From an uncultured delta proteobacterium (GTDB taxonomy: Bacteria > Desulfobacterota > Binatia > UBA9968), in NCBI GenBank assembly GCA_963816145.1, contig CAWFJP010000004.1, positions 384,001 to 448,000 on the forward strand: a stretch of 64,000 bases of DNA, given 5' to 3'. The position numbers and the translations under genes were made by a program. The notes below the pieces were generated by a model that did not search any database, was not told the origin of the DNA, and saw only the letters and a list, made by a program, of their open reading frames with translations. Shown here one piece after another: positions 48,994-56,990 of this stretch. Numbering within the stretch: the stretch's first letter is position 1; every line of letters begins with the position of its first letter.

Positions 48994-49995
48994 ATGATCA
49001 TCGACGCACATAATCACTTCACCACTGCGCCGGCGCAGCTGCAGGCCTACCGCGGGCAACAGATCACCAATATGGCAAAACCGATACGCGCCAAACTTGT
49101 CATCAGCGACGAGGAACTGGCGCGGTCGATGCAGGGCCAGCTCAAGCGCATGGCCGAGAACGGCATCGACCGCTTGCTGTTTTCGCCGCAGGCGGGGGCG
49201 ATGGGGCATCACTTCGGTTCCCCGCTGGTGAGCCGCTATTGGACCGAAGCGTGCAATGATTTGATTGGACGCGTCGCGAAAATGTTCCCGGACAAGATCT
49301 CGCCGGTCTGCCAGTTGCCCCAGTCGCCCGGGGTCGGTCCCAAGGAATGGGTCGACGAGCTCGGTCGCTGCGTGAAGGAAATGGGCTTTGTCGGCTGCAA
49401 CGTCAACCCCGACCCCGCCGGCGGGCGCGAGCCGTTGACACCGTCGATGGCCAGCGAGTGGTGGTATCCGCTCTGGGAGAAGCTCGTCGAGCTCGACGTG
49501 CCGTGCACGGTGCATGCCAGCGCGTCGCTCAACCCGGCGATGCACCTGACCAATGCCTACTATATCGGTCAGCATAACTCGGCCGCCGTGGAGCTGTTGC
49601 GCTCGCGCGTGTTCAAGGATTTTCCCAAGTTGAAAATTATCATCCCCCATGGCGGCGGAGCGATTCCGTTTCAGTGGAACCGTCAGCGCGGCATGCATGT
49701 GAAGGAAGGGCTCGAACCGTTCGAAGAAGCGGCGCGCTGGGTCTATTGGGACATGGCGATCTATGACAAGGAATCGATGGAACTCTTGATCAAGCGCGTC
49801 GGCGCCGACCGTGTATTGTTCGCAACCGAGATGTTTGGCGCGGTCAACGCCATCGATCCCAAGACCGGGCGCAACTTTGAAGATCTGGTGCCGATTTTCC
49901 AGTCCATCGATTGGCTAAGCGATGAGGAGCGTTACAATATCTCCGAAGGGAACGCGCGCCGGGTATTTTCCAAGATGTTCGCCGAGAAAAAGTAA
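48994..49995 (+). CDS. Amidohydrolase-2 family hydratase, LigJ (4-oxalomesaconate hydratase)-like
   Basis: MIIDAHNHFTTAP, MGHHFG, VCQLPQSPG, NVNPDP, WYPLWEKLVELDVP, IPHGGGAIP, LFATEMFGAV. Confidence 0.82.
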   Translation: MIIDAHNHFTTAPAQLQAYRGQQITNMAKPIRAKLVISDEELARSMQGQLKRMAENGIDRLLFSPQAGAMGHHFGSPLVSRYWTEACNDLIGRVAKMFPDKISPVCQLPQSPGVGPKEWVDELGRCVKEMGFVGCNVNPDPAGGREPLTPSMASEWWYPLWEKLVELDVPCTVHASASLNPAMHLTNAYYIGQHNSAAVELLRSRVFKDFPKLKIIIPHGGGAIPFQWNRQRGMHVKEGLEPFEEAARWVYWDMAIYDKESMELLIKRVGADRVLFATEMFGAVNAIDPKTGRNFEDLVPIFQSIDWLSDEERYNISEGNARRVFSKMFAEKK

Positions 49996-50100
49996 GCGCG
50001 GCAAGGTTGGCTTTCGGTGCGCAGGGCACCAGGGTAAGGCAGCAAGCGAGACTCGGGTTGTGTCTGGCAAAGTCGCAAGGAGTGCAGTCCAGGGTCCGCT

Positions 50101-50383
50101 TTCACCACGAAGTACACGAAGGTCGCGAAGTTCGGAATTAAATAGTCCGAAGCCTTCGTACGCTTCAAGCCTCCTTAGAAAATGCATGTGCAGTTACGAT
50201 CTGGGCGACGAATTGGCATGAGGCTTCCGTCATGCCGGCGAAGGCCGGCATCCAGGGGAGGGAGGGGATGGATACCGGCTTTCGCCGGTATGACGAATCA
50301 AGGGAGCAACCATGTGGCGCTGGGAGGGCTGCAAGTTCATATTCTGTAGACGAGCGTAAGCTCATGGTCACTTCGTGGTGAGA
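50101..50383. repeat. Composite repeat: a CACCACGAAG-family element enclosing a CGTCA-type REP dimer (50227-50295)
   Basis: ttcaccacgaagtacacgaaggtcgcgaag ... ccgtcatgccggcgaaggccggcatcca ... ggataccggctttcgccggtatgacg ... cttcgtggtgaga. Confidence 0.7.
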
Positions 50384-50453
50384 TTGAAGGAAAAACGACT
50401 TTCGTCAAGCGTAAAACTTTGAGCCCCACCAGTTGGGTATCGATAACCCGATT

Positions 50454-50885
50454 ATGACGACGCAATCAAATCCATTCCTCGCACTAATATTATCGGCGAT
50501 CCTTCCCGGCCTCGGGCAAATCTACAATCACGAGCGCAAAAAAGGCTGGGTGATTCTCACCTGCTCCGCCGTTTTGGCCATAGCCACTTATTGGCTCGGC
50601 GATTTCAACGCAATTACTACCGCGCTCGCGTTTTTGCTCCTGTGGTCGAGCGCGATTATCGACGCCTACAAAGTCGCCAAGTCGGCCGGCCAGGCGGCGG
50701 AATTCTATTACGCCAGAGCTTACGTGGTCGCGATGTTGCTGCTGGTCGGACCGCTGGCTTTGCCGCTGCTCTGGCAGAGCCCGAACTTTTCAAACCCGGC
50801 TCGCTGGGTGTGGACGGTGATCGTTACTGGTGCGGCGCTGATGTTTATCGCGACGCCGTATTTGCTCAAGTGGGTGATCGGTTAG
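50454..50885 (+). CDS. Hypothetical membrane protein (TM2/DUF5683-like N-terminus)
   Basis: ILSAILPGLGQIYN; LLVGPLALPLLWQSP. Confidence 0.7.
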   Translation: MTTQSNPFLALILSAILPGLGQIYNHERKKGWVILTCSAVLAIATYWLGDFNAITTALAFLLLWSSAIIDAYKVAKSAGQAAEFYYARAYVVAMLLLVGPLALPLLWQSPNFSNPARWVWTVIVTGAALMFIATPYLLKWVIG

Positions 50886-50951
50886 AAGGCTGCGGCTTGT
50901 ATTCCATTCCCCGTAGCTCGCGTGGTTTATTTCATTGTCTTTCTCCGAGGA

Positions 50952-51030
50952 CCGTCATTCCCGCATGCTTTAAGCGGGAATCCAGGCGAGTCCGGATCTG
51001 GACCGCCGATAAAAACATTCGGGGGTGCCC
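50952..51030. repeat. CGTCA-type REP-like palindrome
   Basis: ccgtcattcccgcatgctttaagcgggaatccag ... ctggaccgccgataaaaacattcggggg. Confidence 0.65.
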
Positions 51031-51096
51031 CCTACTAGATAACTCGCTCTTCCACACTCGGATATTCATAGCAGACCGTCCGCGGTAAACCTCGTC

Positions 51097-51465
51097 TCAG
51101 TGCGGCCAGCCATGCTGGGATAGATCGACAGGGTTGCCGTCGGGGTCGAGGACGCGGTATTCGGCTTCGCGATTGGGCGGTCGCTTTCTTACATCGGTTG
51201 CCGCGCCGAGTCCGTTACACGCTTCGCGCACCGCGGCGACATCTTCGACTTCGAAGCCGAAGTGGTTGATGCCGGTCTGAAGCTGCGGCCCTTCGATCTC
51301 GCGTTCCGGACCGATCGGGATAATCGCCAGATTGATATGACCGTCGGTGAGATAGGTCGCCGTGCCGACGCCGTGGACGATCTTCAGGCCGAAGCCCTCG
51401 GTGTAAAACTTAACCAACTTGTCGACGTCTTCGGTGAGAATTGCAAGATGACGGATGCGTGCCAT
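51097..51465 (-). CDS. VOC (glyoxalase/bleomycin resistance) family protein
   Basis: IRHLAI, GINHFGFEVED, DPDGNPVD. Confidence 0.88.
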   Translation of the reverse strand: MARIRHLAILTEDVDKLVKFYTEGFGLKIVHGVGTATYLTDGHINLAIIPIGPEREIEGPQLQTGINHFGFEVEDVAAVREACNGLGAATDVRKRPPNREAEYRVLDPDGNPVDLSQHGWPH

Positions 51466-51567
51466 CGCTGCCTCCTTTGCGAACGACCGCAGGGTAGCAT
51501 GGATTGTTCATGCTTGACTATCGTCGATGATCTTTCCAAGACACTAGGAAGCTGTTAACATTTTTAC

Positions 51568-51849
51568 GTGGAATTCGAGTGGGACCCGAGGAAGGCGGCT
51601 CAGAATTTACGTAAACACGGGGTTTCATTTCATGAAGCCGCGACGGTTTTTGGTGATCTGTTGAGCACCACGGTCGCCGATCCAGATCACTCTGTAAACG
51701 AGGAGCGATATATTACTGTTGGCATGTCCGATCGGCGGCGGCTCGTGATCGTCGCTCATACTGCGAGGGGCGAGCGAATCCGTATCATCAGCGCGCGCGA
51801 ACTGACCCGAACTGAAAGAGAAGTATATGAAGAAGAAACAAAAAAATAG
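51568..51849 (+). CDS. BrnT family ribonuclease toxin
   Basis: MEFEWDPRKAAQNLRKHGVSF...EERY...IRIISAR. Confidence 0.92.
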   Translation: MEFEWDPRKAAQNLRKHGVSFHEAATVFGDLLSTTVADPDHSVNEERYITVGMSDRRRLVIVAHTARGERIRIISARELTRTEREVYEEETKK

Positions 51850-52078
51850 CATGGCGGACGAGCTGCGGCCTGAATATGACCTTCGCAGTTTGCTGAAGCA
51901 CGGTGTCAGAGGAAAATACGCGGAACGTTATCGCGCTGGGACTAATTTAGTCCTGTTAGCTCCGGACGTCGCTAAGGCGTTCGCGAACAATACGGAAGCA
52001 GTCAACGAAGCGCTGCGATTAGTGATTCAGTTGACCAAGGTTCCATTGGGGAAAAAAACACAGGCCGCCAAGTCTTAA
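51827..52078 (+). CDS. Cognate antitoxin of BrnT (BrnA-like)
   Basis: DELRPEYD...GVRGKYA...LAPDVAKAF...AVNEALR; overlaps the toxin gene. Confidence 0.75.
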   Translation: MKKKQKNSMADELRPEYDLRSLLKHGVRGKYAERYRAGTNLVLLAPDVAKAFANNTEAVNEALRLVIQLTKVPLGKKTQAAKS

Positions 52079-52144
52079 TCGTTTGTTAAAACCCGTGCAG
52101 ATTCCCTCCCTGAATTTCCGCGGAAACTGGAATCGCCGGGCTGT

Positions 52145-53131
52145 TCAGAACTTCAACCCTTCGGCAAACTTCTCTTGTTTCAATCGCTCGATGATCGAGC
52201 CATCGACGAACTCCTTGGGGTCGCGTTTGGGGGCGTCGGGGTATTCTTTGCCGAAGTTTTCCAGGATGACTTTGATGCCGTCGAGCGTCGGCGCCATGTA
52301 GTCGGGCATCAGCGAGGCGACGAAGTCGAACTCGGTCGCCATCAGTTTGGGATCGCTGATCTTCATGTACTTGCCGATGGTGCGCTCGCTTTCGGCACGG
52401 TTGCGCTTCATGGTGACGATCGCTTCGGTGGCGCATTTCATGTAGCGGTAGGCAAGCTCGCGGTTTTTCACTAGCCAGCTTTCTTCGACTACCACTGAAG
52501 TCCAAGGAAATGGGATCGCCATCTGCTGGGCGGTGGCCAGCACGCGGAAGCCGAGCGCGCGGGCATTGTCGGTGGCGGCGGCGCCGAGGAAGGTGTATTG
52601 GACGGTGCCGGCTTTCAAGGCGGCGACGCGGCTGGAGTCGCCGCCCATCTGGAGCATCTTCAAATCGCGGTCGACGTTCAGGCCATTCTTGCGGAACAGA
52701 TAGCGGAATCCCTGGTCGGTGGAGGAGCCGAAGCGCGAGATGCCGGCAAACTTTCCGGCCAACTCGGGGATGCTTTTGATGTCGGGATGGACGATCAGAT
52801 TCGACGCCAGCCAGGGCAGCGGATTGCCCAAGATCGTCAACTTGATGCCGCGCAGGCGGGCTTCGATGGACACCGGCCCGCCGCCGGCGATCTGCACGCT
52901 GCCGCCGAGCAGGGCGGCGATATTCATGGTGCCGCTGTTGATGTAGAGCAGCTCGCCTTCGAGGCCATGTTTGGCGAAGATGCCGCGGTCCAGGGCGACC
53001 CACAAGAAAGCCTGCGTAGCGTTGATTGCCGAATAGGAGATACGTAGTTTGTCGGCGCCGGCGGCGTAGGGAGTCGGCGCAACGAGTGCGAATAATACCA
53101 GCAGAGCGAAGTAAAATTTGCGATTGATCAT
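52145..53131 (-). CDS. ABC transporter substrate-binding protein (SsuA/NMT1-THI5-like)
   Basis: Signal peptide; GIFAKHGLE; GISRFGSSTD; RVAALKAG; FVDGSII. Confidence 0.85.
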   Translation of the reverse strand: MINRKFYFALLVLFALVAPTPYAAGADKLRISYSAINATQAFLWVALDRGIFAKHGLEGELLYINSGTMNIAALLGGSVQIAGGGPVSIEARLRGIKLTILGNPLPWLASNLIVHPDIKSIPELAGKFAGISRFGSSTDQGFRYLFRKNGLNVDRDLKMLQMGGDSSRVAALKAGTVQYTFLGAAATDNARALGFRVLATAQQMAIPFPWTSVVVEESWLVKNRELAYRYMKCATEAIVTMKRNRAESERTIGKYMKISDPKLMATEFDFVASLMPDYMAPTLDGIKVILENFGKEYPDAPKRDPKEFVDGSIIERLKQEKFAEGLKF

Positions 53132-53187
53132 GACCGATTGGATACAGTGCTTCCGGCATTGAGGTCAAGGGATTGAGTTCACCGACG

Positions 53188-53265
53188 GCAGAGATCCCTC
53201 CCTTCGTTCGGGATGACATCAACGCAAGAACTGTCATTTCGAGCGCAGCGAGAAATCTCTTCTGC
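53188..53265. repeat. TGTCA-type REP-like palindrome
   Basis: agatccctcccttcgttcgggatgaca ... tgtcatttcgagcgcagcgagaaatct. Confidence 0.7.
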
Positions 53266-53349
53266 GCGGCGCATCCCTGGGTAAAGGCACTGTACTGGGG
53301 ATTGTATTGGGGCCGGATGCTGATTTATAAACTACATGGAGGATATTTC

Positions 53350-53760
53350 ATGGCAACCCGTTGGTTATTCAAGACCGAACCGAGCGTGTATTCGTATCAG
53401 CAGCTGGTCAAAGACAAATCGACCAGGTGGGACGGCGTGGCGAACAACCTCGCGCTGATGCATTTGAAGGACATCAAAAAAGGCGATCAGATCTTCATCT
53501 ATCACACCGGCGACGAGCGCCAGGCGGTGGGCATCGCCCGGGCTCTGGGCGGCGCCTACTCCGATCCGGAAAAGGACAATCCGCGCATGCTGGTGGTCGA
53601 CATCGAGCCGGTGAAAGCCCTGGCCAAGCCGGTGACCTTGGCTGAAGTCAAAGCCGACAAGAAGCTGGCCAAATTCGATCTCGTGCGCAATTCGCGCTTG
53701 TCGATCATGAAGCTCACCGAAGAGCAGTGGGATGCGATGATGGAGATGGCGAAGAAGTGA
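53350..53760 (+). CDS. EVE domain protein
   Basis: WLFKTEP, WDGVAN, GDQIFIYHTG, PVTLAEVK, SRLSI; GGAGG RBS before ATG 53350. Confidence 0.92.
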   Translation: MATRWLFKTEPSVYSYQQLVKDKSTRWDGVANNLALMHLKDIKKGDQIFIYHTGDERQAVGIARALGGAYSDPEKDNPRMLVVDIEPVKALAKPVTLAEVKADKKLAKFDLVRNSRLSIMKLTEEQWDAMMEMAKK

Positions 53761-53822
53761 AAAAATAGGCGCGAGGCATGAGGCTTGAGGCGCGAGTAAG
53801 ACAAAAGAAAGAGGATTTATTC

Positions 53823-54794
53823 ATGGCAGAAGAACATAAGCACGAGCATACGGGCGATCATTCGCACGGGCACGACCATCATGACGACAAGCATGGCCAG
53901 GAACACGGTCACGATCACGATCATGCGGCGCATGAACACGCGCATGCCGACGACCACGGGCATTCCCACGATCACGATCACGGTCATTCCCATGGACACG
54001 ACCATACATCGCGCTTCAAAGACCCGGCCCACGCGGCGGAGTTCGACCAACGCGGCTTGTCGGACATGCGCAGCCAGCTGACGGTCAAGTTGATCGAGGC
54101 GTTGACGCTCAAGGGCGGCGAAGCGATTTTGGATTTGGCCACCGGCACAGGGCGCGTCGCCCGGCCGCTGTCGAAGCAGATGCAGTCCGGGCGCATCGTC
54201 GGCGTCGACGAGGCGCTGGCGATGCTCGATATCGGCCATCATCACAAAGATCCGATCGAGCGTTATGAATTGAGCGCCGGCGAGGCGGATAAGCTGCCGT
54301 TCAAGTCCGGCACCTTCGACCGCGCCTTCGTGTCGTTCAGCCTGCATCATTTCGGCAATCCCGCCGGCGTGGTCGGTGAAGTCCAGCGCGTGCTCAAACC
54401 GAGCGGCCGCTTCGTCGTCCTCGATCCGGTTATCGAGGAGTCGAAAGATGCCATCGACGTGGCGCTGGAGGCCAAGATCAATCAGGTCTTTCGCCGCACC
54501 CATGGCGAGGGCTTTCGCTTTCACACCGTCAGCAGCATCGAACGTTTGCTGACCAAGGCGGGTTACCGGGTGCCGCGCAAGAGCGTGATTTCCTACCCGT
54601 TCAACCAAGAAGGCATGGACGGCATTCCCACCGGCCGCCATTGGCTCGAAGCGGCGCTGGAGTTGGAAAAGGAAGCGCCGGAGCTGGCCGAGCGCATGAA
54701 GAAAAACTATTTCACCTGGCACACCCACGGCGATCATTCCCATGTGAAGGGAAGTTTTTCCTACGCGCTGATCACCGGGGTGAAACCGGCGTGA
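53823..54794 (+). CDS. Class I SAM methyltransferase with a roughly 60-aa His-rich N-terminus
   Basis: About 25 His in the first 60 residues; ILDLATGTG; GVD; LPFKSGTFD; LHHF; VLKPSG. Confidence 0.85.
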   Translation: MAEEHKHEHTGDHSHGHDHHDDKHGQEHGHDHDHAAHEHAHADDHGHSHDHDHGHSHGHDHTSRFKDPAHAAEFDQRGLSDMRSQLTVKLIEALTLKGGEAILDLATGTGRVARPLSKQMQSGRIVGVDEALAMLDIGHHHKDPIERYELSAGEADKLPFKSGTFDRAFVSFSLHHFGNPAGVVGEVQRVLKPSGRFVVLDPVIEESKDAIDVALEAKINQVFRRTHGEGFRFHTVSSIERLLTKAGYRVPRKSVISYPFNQEGMDGIPTGRHWLEAALELEKEAPELAERMKKNYFTWHTHGDHSHVKGSFSYALITGVKPA

Positions 54795-54796
54795 AG

Positions 54797-54900
54797 TGAG
54801 AGTAGCCAGAAGTCAGTAGTCAGAAATCAGTACTCGGACGTCCGATCCCGAACTTCTGGCTTCTGAATTCTGGCTCCTGACTTCCAGTGTTAGTTCTGAA
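54797..54900. repeat. Heptamer-period inverted repeat (AGTCAGA/TCTGACT type)
   Basis: agtagccagaagtcagtagtcagaaatcag ... ttctggcttctgaattctggctcctgacttc. Confidence 0.65.
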
Positions 54901-54915
54901 TTTCAAGGAGCGACA

Positions 54916-55176
54916 ATGAAGAAAGCCGACTTCCGAACATTCTACAAAGACGCCCATGCCGTCGAGTGTCTGACCGAGCGCGAGAAGATGCTGATGGGGC
55001 TCGCGGTCGCGATGATGCGGCTGTGCGATCCGTGAGTGGAGCGGCGCCTTGCGGACGCAAGGAAAGCGGGGATGACGGAGGAAGAGTTGGACGCTGCGGT
55101 GGATGTGATCGCGGCGGTGGACGCGGGGGTTTTGCAGTCGCTCAATCAGCGGATGAAGGCGCGGAACAAGAATTAG
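54916..55176 (+). CDS. AhpD/carboxymuconolactone-decarboxylase-like selenoprotein with a CxxU motif, 86 aa; absent from the ORF track
   Basis: AAGGAG RBS; MKKADFRTFYKDAHAVECLTEREKMLMGLAVAMMRLCDP-U(TGA 55033)-VERRLADARKAGMTEEELDAAVDVIAAV...KN*. It fits the CMD pattern L..REK.L..LAVA....CxxC...A...G.TEEE. Confidence 0.82.
55036..55062 (+). promoter_or_regulatory. Candidate SECIS element of the CMD-like selenoprotein
   Basis: 11 nt after UGA: CCTTGC-GGAC-GCAAGG hairpin, the same geometry as the grdB SECIS. Confidence 0.7.
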
Positions 55177-55304
55177 CGGTGTGCAACTAGGCTTTGCGAG
55201 AACGGAAATTGCGGCGTTCGGATTTATCATCAGTGTGAATTGCTCAAATAGTCACAAAAGCCAATCCTGACACCTGTCACAAAGCTATAGCGAAAGGAGT
55301 AACC

Positions 55305-56195
55305 GTGACTCTTTGGAAAGTTTACTGCATGGAAGGTCACTATCCCGGTCTGTGGCACCGGCTTTATCGCCACCAATGCGTCGCGATTGGATGGCCGCCT
55401 CCGCGTAACAAGCTCAACGAGAAGGCGAAAGAGCGCGGATTCGCGAAAGCTTGCAAAGCTCTGTCTCGAATGGCTGTAGGGGATTACGTAATCGCCGCGT
55501 TAAAAAATCATCGTGTCGCGCGGCTGGGGCAGTTTACGGCCCTAGCAGTTGATGACGATGAGTGGGACCCGCTCGTGCCGAAGAGCAAGAACCGTCCGGT
55601 CGGACAGATGGGTCGACGGATTCAAGTGCGATGGGATCTAGCCTGCGGACCTACCGATCAGGATCTCGTGGTTTCGCTTCCTGAAGGTTCGCGGTTAGCA
55701 GTAAGCGAGCTTCTTCCAACAATCGCGTTGATAAAATCAATAACACTTACGAAACTGCGAAGGGCAATGAACGACCCGGCAAACTGGATTGGTTTGTTGG
55801 CGCATTTCGATCGCGAACGCGCGTTATCCGATTACATTGCTGGCCACCCGGATCATCTTGAAGACGGTTTGGTACCGCACCCTGACTCCAAGGTTCGCGA
55901 GAAAGTGTTTGCTGATCGGAAGCGGTCCGATGTACTGCTCTTAGATCGGGAGGAGCGGCCGGTAGTCGTTGAGTGCAAGCAAGGCGCGCCAACTGTTAAG
56001 CATCTGGAGCAACTGCGCCATTACATGAAGTTGGTTCAAAAGGAGACACGAAACAACAAGGTTCGGGGGATCTTGGTGCATGGCGGGTCCCTTAATCTCC
56101 GCCAAGAAGTGATTAAGGCGGCAAAGCGCGCTCCTGTGGTGGAGATCGTGCAGCACCACTTACACGTTGACTTCAATCGTGGCTATGCTGGGTAA
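55305..56195 (+). CDS. PD-(D/E)XK nuclease (NucS-like C-domain) with an N-terminal PUA/EVE-like domain
   Basis: N-terminal CVAIGW...MAVGDYVIA...RIQVRW; C-terminal ERALSDYI...SDVLLLD...VVVECK...QLRHYM...VRGILV; AAGGAG RBS. Confidence 0.72.
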   Translation: MTLWKVYCMEGHYPGLWHRLYRHQCVAIGWPPPRNKLNEKAKERGFAKACKALSRMAVGDYVIAALKNHRVARLGQFTALAVDDDEWDPLVPKSKNRPVGQMGRRIQVRWDLACGPTDQDLVVSLPEGSRLAVSELLPTIALIKSITLTKLRRAMNDPANWIGLLAHFDRERALSDYIAGHPDHLEDGLVPHPDSKVREKVFADRKRSDVLLLDREERPVVVECKQGAPTVKHLEQLRHYMKLVQKETRNNKVRGILVHGGSLNLRQEVIKAAKRAPVVEIVQHHLHVDFNRGYAG

Positions 56196-56263
56196 CATTC
56201 GGCCGAGGCCGCGCCTAAATTGCAGCTCCAGCATTTGGCATTTCACGAACAACGGGGAAGGCT

Positions 56264-56944
56264 ATGAGCCAGCTTAATACGCATCGGAGTAAAGCAGAGT
56301 GGCCTGATCCGTGCCGTCGGGGCTTTCGCGGGACTCGAAGGCTGCAATCCCTTTCCGCGATCGTTAGCGATTATGCTAAACACCACGGTCAGAAGGCCAA
56401 AAAAGAGCTTCGCTACCTCCGAGCAATTCCCACCTTCGAAGATGCGGTCACCCAAGCGGGACTCGCACTTCGACCCGAACGCGATAGTAAAAAGAGATCG
56501 TCGCATCAGCGGCGCATTTCCAGAGCCGTCCTTGAACAAGCAACGCGGAGGTTGCGTCGGGCCAAGCTCAAAAGTGCAGCCTCGTTTGATGACTTAATCA
56601 AGCGGGTACGCATGGCAACCAAAGTCGTTGACGGCATCGGCGAGCTCTACGTCTATGATACCTCGCTTCGCATCGGCGCGTGGCTCCGCCTGCTACCCCG
56701 CAAAGTTTATCTGCATGCTGGTACAAGGCTTGGGGCGCAGGCACTCCATTTGGACCACCACGCGAAATCGCTTGCACCCAAAGATCTACCGTCCACGTTG
56801 CGACGTCTGCGACCTTATGAGATCGAGGATGTGCTATGTATCTACAAGGAGTGGCTTGGCAAGGCGAAATACGTAGGGCGACCCAATAGACGAAAGACAG
56901 CTATGAGAAGTTCGAACGGGGTCCACTCTGGGCCAAGACTATAG
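56264..56944 (+). CDS. Hypothetical protein with an HhH-glycosylase-like fold
   Basis: SHQRRI, SFDDL, GIGELYVYDTSLRIG (HhH-like), VYLHAGT, YEIEDVLCIYK. Confidence 0.55.
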   Translation: MSQLNTHRSKAEWPDPCRRGFRGTRRLQSLSAIVSDYAKHHGQKAKKELRYLRAIPTFEDAVTQAGLALRPERDSKKRSSHQRRISRAVLEQATRRLRRAKLKSAASFDDLIKRVRMATKVVDGIGELYVYDTSLRIGAWLRLLPRKVYLHAGTRLGAQALHLDHHAKSLAPKDLPSTLRRLRPYEIEDVLCIYKEWLGKAKYVGRPNRRKTAMRSSNGVHSGPRL

Positions 56945-56990
56945 CAGGTCGGTGAGCCGAGGAGCCGCTCGTGTGAGGAGCGATAAACAA

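Noticed and set aside
4259-54743. Long antisense or alternate-frame ORFs (e.g. 4259-5167, 7584-8576, 44816-45889, 46338-47555, 52086-53237, 53817-54743)
   Set aside because: They are shadows of well-supported genes in GC-rich DNA, with no recognisable motifs.
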